Shown here piece after piece: positions 53,153 to 62,766 of a stretch of 64,000 nt of DNA. The translations under genes and the position numbers were made by a program. Position 1 is the first letter of the stretch. Each line of letters starts with the position of its first letter. Below the pieces are notes generated by a model, which made no database searches, was not told where the DNA came from, and was given only the letters and a program-made list of their open reading frames with translations. Source of the DNA: Lingula anatina (lineage: Eukaryota > Animalia > Brachiopoda); contig CM120640.1 in the NCBI GenBank assembly GCA_051362555.1, positions 29,593,967 to 29,657,966 of the forward strand, written 5' to 3'.

Positions 53153-54368
53153 GGCCACACTTTTTTATTTTTATGGATGACATCCTGCGCGCGCACCGAT
53201 TTTCGTCCGTTCTCCCAAAAAAAAAAAAAATCACCCCCCCCCCCCATCGAAGTCGGTTGTCGCAAACGTCGTTATTCAATTTGCCGGAAAATGTGCTTTC
53301 TGCGCATGCGTATTACTGCCACGTGGAAATATGGCCGCTTTGCCATCAAATTCATCTCTGGGATTACTTTCAAATTACAGGACAATTAATTATATAAAGT
53401 CATAAAGAGAACGGGGCCGTCGTTTTGGGTTGTTATGCCATTGATATTAGGCATGGAGATATCCACTTTTTTACAATTATGCGAAAGGCTGGCGGCGGCC
53501 AGCAATTATCGCCCGGAAAATTTCAGTGATATTCTGTCCAAAGCAACACATATCAGGTTTTTTTGTAGCGAAAAAAAAAAAGGGTCGACAGGGGGTCATG
53601 TTTTTGGTGGGCTGTAGGTCGGTCAGGCCACCCGACAGTTTGGCTGCTTCATGTGAGTCGAAGTAGACCAAATGGCATCGACCGAAATGACCTTTTATAG
53701 AATTGGTAGTATAAGCATATCTTTGCATCATTTCTGTGTATTGTTCATAATGCTTTAATATTCTGAGAGTACAAATAAAGACATGCTGTTTGTTTGATAT
53801 TTGTTTTCAAATGTTAACAAAATGCATGAAATAACCTTAAATAGATTGGTTAATATGCAGCATGCCTATTAGGCCCGTAGCCAGCAATTTCAAAAGGAGG
53901 GGGGGTTCTTTTTTTGAAAAAGTGGACCATTTTCCATAAAAACTTAATGTATCTAGATCAAATTTTACCCAGAGTGGACCTTTTCCCAGCAAAAGGGGTG
54001 GTTCTTTCTAACCCCCTGGCTACGGGCCCGTCTATTCATACCTATAGACGGTGTGACCGAAATGCGCAATACACGGCAATACAGCGCAACAAAGACACCA
54101 GTCACACCCTATTCATGACTTTTTTTTTTTACCTTATTGCGAAGTATTCACAATACTTTAATATTTTGAGAGCATGGATAAAGACATATTGTTAGTTTGA
54201 TACGTGTTTCTGTGGTAAATTGGTGTTTCCAGCTGTGTACTGACAGCATTCCTTTACTTAAGCAGCATTTTTTTTTTTTTTTGGACTGTTTTTTTTTTTT
54301 TTTCGCCCTCTCGCACCGATTTCGGGGTCCCCAGAGGATGTCATCCATAAAAATAAAAAAGTGTGGCC
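53153..54368. mobile_element. Non-autonomous DNA transposon (PIF/Harbinger-like) with perfect 34-bp TIRs and TTA TSD, inserted into the satellite
   Basis: GGCCACACTTTTTTATTTTTATGGATGACATCCT at both ends. TTA lies at 53150-53152 and 54369-54371. Removing the element restores the monomer ATTTTATATTTACTTAGGATG. Confidence 0.95.
53870..54030. mobile_element. Small hAT-like MITE nested in the Harbinger-like element
   Basis: TIRs GGCCCGTAGCCAG and CTGGCTACGGGCC. Confidence 0.72.
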
Positions 54369-54849
54369 TTACTTAGGATGAAGGCGGATCGCTGTCCTGA
54401 AAGAAAAGTAATCTGAGAAAATTTGTATGTACTCAGGATGAAGGCGGATCGCTGTCCTGAAAGAAAAGTAATCTCAGAAAATTTGTATGTACTCAGGATG
54501 AAGGCAGATCGCTGTCCTGAAAAAAGTGATATGAGATATTTTATATTTACTCAGGATGAAGGCGGATCACTGTCCTGAAAGAAAAATGATCTCAGATATT
54601 TATATGTAATCAGGATGAAGGCGGATCGCTGTCCTGAAAGAAAAATGATCTCAGATATTTATATTTACTCAGGATGAAGGCGGATTGCATTTTAAGGAAA
54701 ACCGTTAAGCCTGTTGTCATGAAACTCACAGGAGTAATCAATTTGAAAAAAAAAAACTATTTTGGGCACTGCTCCCATGATGACCATTTAAGAAAAACCA
54801 TGTCACTTATTGCTCTCAAACTGTATAGAAAATATATATATATATAGAT

Positions 54850-55265
54850 GTGTCTGTACATATTGCCATCACCTGCATCTGTCGTTGCCGACATCGCCGT
54901 TGCCGGTGCTGCAAGCACTTTCATTGTAAACAGGATAAGTGGAAGGCAGTTTTACTTTTTGGCTTTATATTTTCAGAGCTTATGAATATTTATAAATGGA
55001 GGTCAAGTTCGAAAATCGGCATGATCGGGCCACTATTTTAGTAATTATGCTTTTTTTTTCACTTTTCAGCATATATGCAACACTGTAAACACAATATAAG
55101 AAAAACAGATGGGCCAATTGTTATTAAACTCACAGTAGTGGTCAATCCTGCTAAAACGCAGGTTGAGTTAAAAAATCAGCATAATCGGGCCATTATTTTA
55201 GAAGTTATGCTGTTTTTTCACATTTCCTCAGATTCAATTCTTAGGCATGTTAACAGTTTCATTAT
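54850..55265 (+). mobile_element. Helentron/HINE-like non-autonomous fragment with two ~180-bp internal repeats
   Basis: A CGT/GCC micro-repeat head, then CAAGTTCGAAAATCGGCATGATCGGGCCACTATTTTAG..TTATGC and CAGGTTGAGTTAAAAAATCAGCATAATCGGGCCATTATTTTAG..TTATGC. Confidence 0.5.
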
Positions 55266-55589
55266 TTAATTAATAAGATACATAAAAGTGTTTGTTTGAC
55301 ATATCCTGCATCTTTACAACATTGTTAGTTGATTTTGTAAAAATTATGGTAAACTTGTTATCGTGTATTATGTTATAAAGTTTCAAAAATGGAAATAAAC
55401 TCATATCTTTGCAGTTTGTCAGATTCAATCATTCACTATGTTCAGAATCTCAGAATGGAAGAAATTGAACATTTAACACTGCTCTATTGATATTTTTCCC
55501 ATCTCATCAATTTTTTTAGTTGATCATATAAAAATGGTAGTAAACTGTTTATTTTGTTTTATGTTAAAAATTGTTAAAAATGAAAAAAT

Positions 55590-56400
55590 TACATTTTGGC
55601 ATTTTCAAGTTGTGACATTGAAGTTCCATGGGCCTGAAGACCTTTGCTAGTCAAATTATCTGAATATCCATGATACTAATATGTTATTATTAAAAATTAA
55701 TGGTCATTATGTTGTTAAACATTATGTAATATTGCATCAAAATTTGAAAAAAAACTATTTTGGGCACTGCTCCCATGATGACCATTTAAGAAAAACCATG
55801 CCACTTACTGTTCTCAAACTTACAGGAAAGAAACATGGGACTAAAATATAGCTTCAGTAGGCAATGCAATCTGCCAGTTAAACGGTCGTTTTGTGAAAAT
55901 TTAATTTTTCACATATTGGCATTTTCAAGGTGTGACTTTGAAGTTCCACAGGCTTGAAGACCCATGCTAGTCACATTTTCTGAAAATCCATGATACGTAT
56001 ATTTTATTATTAAAAATTGACTGTCATTATGCTGTTAACCATTATGTAATATTGCATCAGAATAGAAGAAAACACAATTTAGGGTGCTGCTGCCATGATG
56101 ACCATTATGGGAAAACCATGTTTTTATGATTGCCAAACTTTCAAAAAAGAAATACAGGACTAAAATGCAGCCTGAGTTGGAAAAGCAGTCTAATTGACTT
56201 CTTTTTCTGGAAGTTATACATTTTCAAAGTGTGAACTTGAACTCACATGGGCCTGAAGCCTTATGCTTGTTACACATTTTACTTACATTGGTATTACCTG
56301 TTGAGCATAATTAAAATTTGATGTTGAATTTGCAGTTTAACATAATGTACTTTTGCATCAGAATTGACAGTAGCCTTTTTTGTTATTTCCTGCTTTTTGT
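55590..56400. repeat. Diverged ~310-bp tandem repeat (about 2.6 copies; partial copy at 54740-54825)
   Basis: ATTTTCAA..TGTGA..TTGAA..ATGGGCCTGAAG..GCTAGTCA..CATTATGTAATATTGCATCA recurs at ~55600, 55920 and 56220. Confidence 0.75.
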
Positions 56401-56429
56401 CTGTACATTTGACAGCTTTGCTGCCTTGT

Positions 56430-59233
56430 TTCAGTTATATTGTTCTTTTTCCTGAGTACCCTTACCATGAAAAAGCAGGCAGTAAAAGACAGCATTAAGA
56501 GCAGCACTATGCCTTATCCATGTGTACAATACATGATATGTGGCAAGATTTAGGACATTGTCAAATATTGCGCTAACAGCAACCCATTCCAGAAGCCCAT
56601 TGTAAGGAGTAATCTGCATCTGGCATTGATAGTAAGGAGAAGCCTTGTATGGGTTTATGTTGTTTTGCATATGACAGTTATAGGTAATTTGCAACCTCCT
56701 ACACAAACAACCTCAAATCATCACATTTGCTGTTTTCTTTGAGAGTAAATAATACATTGCAATATTGAAATACTTGTTTCTGTTAACTCTCACTCTTCTG
56801 GTTATCAATTTCCAATAAATTTGACACCTAAAAAAGGACACAGACAACTGATCAGTTTGTCACAGATTTTTATTGTTGTTAAGCATCATTTGTACAAATT
56901 TCAGAAACATTGGACACAATTTGACAAATTTATTAACGTTTAACTATTTTAAGTAATGGGATTTTCCAGTCTTTTCAGTGTAATTGTCAGTTTTTTCAAA
57001 TATTGTTCTTTTTCCAGAGTACCCTTCCCATGAAAAAACAGGCAGTAAAAGACAGCACCAAGAGCAGCACTACCCTGTATGTCTTATCCATGTGTACAAT
57101 ATATGATATGTGGCAAGATTTAGGACATTGTCAAATATTGTGCTAACAGCAACCCATTCCAGAAACCCATTGTAAGGAGTAATCTGCATCTGGCATTGAT
57201 AGTAAGGAGAAGTCTTGTATGGGTATATATTGTTTTCCTGATAACAATTAATAGGTAATTTGCTAGCTCCTACACAAACAAACTCAAATCATAACATTTG
57301 CTGTTTTCTTTTAGAGTAAATAATACATTGCAATATTGAAATATTTGTTTTGGTTAACTCTCACTCTTCTGGTTATCAATTTCCAATAAATTTGACACTT
57401 AAAAAAGGACACAGACAACTGATCAGTTTGTCACAGATTTTTATTGTTGTTAAGCATCATTTATTCAAATTTCAGAAATATTGGACAAGATTTGACAAAA
57501 TTATTGTTGTTTAACTATTTTAAGTAATTGAATTTGCCAGTCTTAATTTCAGTGTAATTTTCAGTTTTTCCAAATATAGTGTCCCAAAAAACACTTTTCA
57601 TTAATTAGACACAGTTGACTGATTAGCTTATATCAAAATATTACAGTTGTTAAACTTAATATGTACAATTTTCAGAAACACTGGACTTGATTTGACAAAA
57701 TTATTAACATTTAACTATTTTAAGTAATGGGATTTGCCGGTCTTTTCAGTGTAATTTTCAGTTTTCCCAAATATAGTGTACCAAAAAACACTTTTCATTA
57801 GACACAGACGACTGATCAGCTTATCTCAGATTATTACAGTAGTTAAGCTTAAAATGTACAATTTTCAGAAACGTACTAGATTTGACAAAATTATTAACGA
57901 GGGATTTGCCAGCTTTTCAAAGTGATTTTCAGTTTTTTCAGTTATATTGTTCTTTTTCCAGAGTTCCCTTACAATGAATTAGCAGGCAGTGAAAGATACC
58001 ATCATGAGCAGCACTATGTCTTATCCATGTGTACAATACATGATATGTGGCAAGATTTAGGACATTGTCAAATATTGTGCTAACAGCAACCCATTCCAGA
58101 AACCCATTGTAAGGAGTAATCTGCATCTGGCATTAATAGTAAGGAGAGGTCTTGTATGGGTTTATATTGTTTTCCAAATGACAGTTATAGGTAATTTGCA
58201 ATCTCCTACACAAGCAAACTCAAATCATCATATTTGCTGTTTTCTTTGTGAGTAAACAATACATTGCAATATTGAAATATTTGTTTTGGTTAATTCTCAC
58301 TCTTCTGATTATCAATTTCCAATAAACTTGACACTTAAAAAAAGACACAGACAACTGATCAGCTGATCACAGATTTTTATTATTGTTAAGCAACATTTGT
58401 GCAAATTTCAGAGACACTGGACAAGATTTGACAAAATTATTAACATTTAACTATTTTAAGTAATGGAATTTTTTTGCATGAATCACATATTTGTCTCATG
58501 GACTGGAAATCTGTGGAAGGTAGTAAAGATGGAAATAAATGAAATTAGGTTAATGGGTGGTTTTAAACTTTATTAAGTTAATACCCATCACACCTGTCTC
58601 TAGACAAATATACGCTTCATACAAAAATGTTTTTTGTTTAACCTATATTTTTGTTGTTAAGTTAAAGTGATGTTTTCTTTTTTCTCAGAATGGGTGCCCC
58701 CAAAAAACTGCTGACTGACCAGGGATTGGAACTGGATACAATCACCACCCCTTTATGTTCTGCCAAATATGATAAAGGTTTTAGGGTGAATATTGGCTTC
58801 AATCTTGTTGGCATGCCTGTGAATGTGAATCTATTTCTGTACCTATTAGTTTAAATGACGTAATATTGAAGGCCTACTCTGCTCAATTATAACCATTTTT
58901 ATTATCAATGTAAACTGTTTAATGCAGTAGACACTGTCAACTGATCAGCTTATCTCAGATTATTACAGTAGTTAAGCTTACTATGTAGGATTATGTTTTT
59001 AAATATGATTTTCATATATGGGCAATTCTTTGGAATTTAATATATCATTAAACATGGTATATGTGGTGTGGACTGAACAACTTTCAAGGAGGGCAGTGAT
59101 ATCCATGAAAAGTCTTACTCTGTGCATCAATAAAAGCAGATATTTGGAAAGATGAGCTTAATTTCTCCCAATGCAAAAATTAAATTGCCCAAATATTTAC
59201 CCATTTTTGCATTCAATATTTTTTCTGTAGCTG
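56430..59233 (+). mobile_element. Second, deleted copy of the Ginger-like element: 3 HHCC-exon copies, about five 193-bp-family monomers, the MGAPKKLLTDQG exon and flanking introns
   Basis: Exon copies at ~56456-56683, 57018-57254 and 57962-58190. 58470-59037 aligns with 13335-13958, and 59065-59233 aligns with 16760-16937. Confidence 0.88.
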
Positions 59234-59415
59234 GTAATATTGTTTTTGATAGAAAGCTCCAAAGCATGGCATCAGCAACGCATGAGTAACGCTATAATAT
59301 GAGTAAGTGTAGAGAGGAATAGGTGTAATGTGCATGTATACCGTAAAGTGCCATACCGCACATTACTTAATTTCCTAAAATATACTAATAACTTCAACAC
59401 CGTACTCTATTCCAG

Positions 59416-59505
59416 CAACGTGTCTGTATGTTAATAACTGCACTGACGAGGACCACGGTGTGTGTTACAAGAGCAACAGGTGTCACTGTCTACCAGGATT
59501 TGTGG
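59416..59505 (+). CDS. Exon of EGF-repeat/cadherin protein (EGF 1)
   Basis: ttccAG and G|GTATGT boundaries. Reads TCLYVNNCTDEDHGVCYKSNRCHCLPGFVG; phase 1 fits the next exon. Confidence 0.88.
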
Positions 59506-59912
59506 GTATGTATTGAGGGCCACGGTGTGTGTTACAAGAGCAACAGGTGTCACTGTCTACCAGGATTTGTGGGTATATATTGAGGGCCACAGTGTGTGTT
59601 ACAGGACCAACAGGTGTCGCTGTCTACCAGGATTTGTGGGTATGTATTGAGGACCACGGTGTGTGTTACAGGACCAACAGGTGTCGCTGTCTACCAGGAT
59701 TTGTGGGTATGTATTGAGGACCACGGTGTGTGTTACAGGACCAACAGGTGTCGCTGTCTACCAGGATTTGTGGGTATGTATTGAGGACCACGGTGTGTGT
59801 TACAGGACCAACAGGTGCTTCTCTCTACCAGGATTTGTGGGTATGAATTGAGGACCAGGGTATGTGTTACAGGACCAACAGGTGTCGCTGTCTAACAGGA
59901 TTTGTGGGTATG
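59448..59912 (+). repeat. 67-bp tandem repeat x7 made of the exon 3' half plus splice donor
   Basis: Units start at 59448, 59515, 59582, 59649, 59716, 59783, 59850, each ending ...GGATTTGTGG|GTATG-like. Confidence 0.95.
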
Positions 59913-60182
59913 CAATAAGGATTAACTTTCGTGTGCTTTTAAGGCAAAGGGCAAAATCTTCCAGAAGCTGAGCGCACACTAAGCTTAATCACCCGAGGAG
60001 GCTCGAGGAGGCTTGTCATTTAGTATATGTTATTGCATTCAGTCCCTGCGCAGTTGGATCGATCGAAGTTAAAAAGGTTTATTGGGAATGCACCCTACCT
60101 GTATATAAATTAATGTACGAAGTTTCTGGGCAAAAAAAACACGGACACTAATTTACGCACGTCTTCAATTCTGTATATTTAG

Positions 60183-60335
60183 GTAGTGACTGTAGCATCG
60201 TTGCAACTTGTTTCAACGTGTCTGACTGCTCCAGTCACGGGGTCTGCGTGGACTTTGACGTATGCAAATGTGACAGCGGATGGGCGGGGCCAAATTGCAC
60301 CGAGTTTTCTTGTGAACGTCTGGCGGCGTGCTCAG
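60183..60335 (+). CDS. Exon of EGF-repeat/cadherin protein (EGF 2-3)
   Basis: tttAG and G|GTGTGT boundaries. Reads GSDCSIVATCFNVSDCSSHGVCVDFDVCKCDSGWAGPNCTEFSCERLAACS. Confidence 0.92.
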
Positions 60336-60572
60336 GTGTGTTGTTCATGTGAGAGATTTTTACGTTTGTTTTTACGTGAATGATATGATAAAGGGGATGC
60401 ATTTGAGAAAGTACACCAAAACAAAAAATACTACACGTTTTTGTATAATTTGACATGAAACAATATGCGATAGAATAAAGCAGTGCTATACAATATGCTA
60501 GTATACATAACTGTTATATGCGTTGTCATCAGTAGTTCAGTTAGAAGAATGTTGAAGCATGTAACTTTCCAG

Positions 60573-60831
60573 GCCACGGTCAGTGTAAAGGATACGATGT
60601 ATGCAGTTGTGACAATGGTTGGCAAGGAGACAGCTGTGCTCTGCCAGACTGTTCTTCAAATAATGACTGCTCCCTACACAGGGTGTGTACGTCACCTCAC
60701 ACGTGCACGTGTTATGACGGTTACCATGGTGAAAACTGTACCACGGTGAAGAATTGCACATCGTTTAATGGCTGTAATGACCACGGTATATGCACTTCCT
60801 TTGAAGGGAATGATACAGCTGTTATGTGCAG
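60573..60831 (+). CDS. Exon of EGF-repeat/cadherin protein (EGF 3-5)
   Basis: ttccAG and AG|GTATGG boundaries. Reads GHGQCKGYDVCSCDNGWQGDSC...CTCYDGYHGENC...CNDHGIC...MCR. Confidence 0.92.
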
Positions 60832-61132
60832 GTATGGTACTTTTCGTTACCTTCATTTAGAGGTGGCAGGCGTTTGGTTATATATATCTTAATAACAGCA
60901 ATCCCACAGCAATTGTCTACGTAAGTGACACGTAACAACTGTTTTTAAAATATATGTAAGATCAAAGTATGGGCTGGGTCTATTTATGACACTTAAAATA
61001 AGATGATATTAAAATTGTTATTATAATTTTTACAACTGGCCGTATGACAAATTTAGAGAATTTCAGACGGGGGAAAACAGCACATGCATTTATGATTTTA
61101 TTTTCTCCCTTCTAAAATGATATTTGTAACAG

Positions 61133-61302
61133 GTGTTTTGAGGGCTACCGTGGCGACACATGTGACACTGTCTCATGTTCTGCCGTAAACAACTGTTCAG
61201 GACAGGGTGCGTGTTTGGAGCCCAACCTCTGTAACTGTGACCCAGGCTTCGGGGGAATTGACTGCTCTAATTTCTCATGTGAAGCTCTTGGATACTGCTC
61301 TG
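61133..61302 (+). CDS. Exon of EGF-repeat/cadherin protein (EGF 5-7)
   Basis: taacAG and G|GTAAAC boundaries. Reads CFEGYRGDTCDTVSCSAVNNCSGQGACLEPNLCNCDPGFGGIDCSNFSCEALGYCS. Confidence 0.92.
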
Positions 61303-61595
61303 GTAAACACTCTTTGCCTGAATAAATGTCATAATACATGATTGTATATTTATTCTAACTGTGCGTCTTACCTGTTTATTTTCAAATAGAAAGCGTTAAA
61401 ACATCCACTTGACCAGAAGATAACTGCCAGTAATGCATTCATTGGGAGTTTGCACACGATTGCATTGCCTTAGCGCGGAAGAAACTAGTTTAAAACAAAG
61501 TCTTAAGCCTTATGTGTTAGCTCTGCAACGATTACATTTGTTGCTTTCCCTATTACGCTATGTGACATACTTGTGTTTGTCTTTCCTCTATACAG

Positions 61596-62585
61596 GCAAT
61601 GGACAGTGTGTATCATTGGACATGTGCTTGTGTTCTCCCGGCTGGCTGGGTGAACGCTGTGACGAGCCCGTCTGCAGTGATGTGGCCAACTGCTCTGGTA
61701 ATGGAAGTTGCCTCTCACCTAATCAGTGCGAGTGTCTGGATGAATACGACGGCGTTGACTGTTCTATTAGAATTGGTTCTAACTATCACAGCCCAGTGTT
61801 TACATACAACTGGTACAATGGCACTGTGCCGGAGAATGCCCCACCAGGGACTATCATCGTGTCTCAAGAGAACATTACCATGATTAACGCGACAGATTTA
61901 GATACAGGGCGAAATGGCAAACTAGAGTATACTTTCTCTGGGAGCAACAGAGCGGAGCAGTTCTTCAACATGGACAGTCAGGGACAGTTATCAGTGGTAG
62001 CCAAACTGGACTACGACAGTCTTCCGCAGGAGTTCATTATGACAGTAGTGGCATCTGACAAGGGCGTGCCGCCCAAGAGTGCTGCCACCAAGGTCGCCAT
62101 CATTGTCCAAGACGTCAACGACAACGCACCACTTTTCCAGTTGGTTGGTTTCCCAGATATTCCAGTGAATGCCAGCGGCGAGCTAGGACGCACAGTAGGA
62201 GGGTTCCTGGCCACAGACAAAGACAGTGGGTCGAACGGAACGGTTCGACACTATATAACCAACGAGAGCAACCCTGATGCTGTATTAGCTGTCAATGAAG
62301 ACACCAGAGAGCTGATCGTCGTGCGTTACCCAGCCCAGTATCGATATGACCTTACCATTTTGGCGGAGGATGGAGGAGAACCACCAAAGTCCGCCATCTT
62401 GCCTGTTGTTATTTCTGTCTACGGACACCTTGTTGAGGAACGAAATGATACAGTCGTTGTGAACCCTACGTCTAACACCGAAGCACCGGTTTCCACGACC
62501 CTTGGGAGTTCTTCAACTACGGGCACCCTGGGTAAAGTGACAAGTGGTGAGACAATACCAACGCCGAAGACGACGACAACACAAG
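61596..62585 (+). CDS. Exon with EGF 7-8, two cadherin repeats and Ser/Thr-rich linker; the gene continues beyond
   Basis: tacAG and G|GTATGT boundaries. Cadherin motifs PVF, VPENAPPGT, ATDLDTGRNG, LDYD, ASDKGVPP, VQDVNDNAPLF, ATDKDSGSNG and AEDGGEPP. Confidence 0.93.
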
Positions 62586-62766
62586 GTATGTTACAGTAGC
62601 TCAAAACAATGACCAAATTGACACGTATGAATTGAATCCCGCTTTTATCTTAACGAACACAAACACCTGATAAGAAGTTAGTAATTTCCACGCCTGGTGA
62701 TGTATAGGCTAATAGAGTACTTTTATTTTAATACGTTTATCAAATGACCCGAAGTCCTTAGTTATA

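Larger units (their letters stand above)
41228..54688. repeat. Satellite with ~58-60-bp monomer (roughly 170 copies; core TCAGGATGAAGGCGGATCGCTGTCCTGA) in higher-order repeats punctuated by a ~200-225-bp Gypsy-derived spacer
   Basis: A conserved 28-bp core alternates with a few AT-rich linker variants. The spacer end GAGACAGTTCAATCAG recurs at ~41204, 42819, 44363, 45461, 46676, 47637, 48736, 49697, 50791, 51946, 53023. Confidence 0.97.

Noticed and set aside
41228-54688. CRISPR-like appearance (28-bp palindromic repeat with ~30-bp spacers)
   Set aside because: The spacers are a few related AT-rich variants that themselves repeat periodically. There are no cas genes and the context is eukaryotic, so it is a satellite.
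59462-59851. Four overlapping 62-aa ORFs
   Set aside because: Artefacts of the 67-bp tandem repeat cycling through frames.
61148-61156. RGD tripeptide in EGF 5 (GYRGDTC)
   Set aside because: It falls in the G(F/Y/W)xGxxC consensus where G-D is common, so chance occurrence is likely; no conservation data are available.
61433-61595. N-terminal part of the 388-aa ORF
   Set aside because: Intronic read-through; the true exon begins after tacAG at 61596, in phase with the previous exon.
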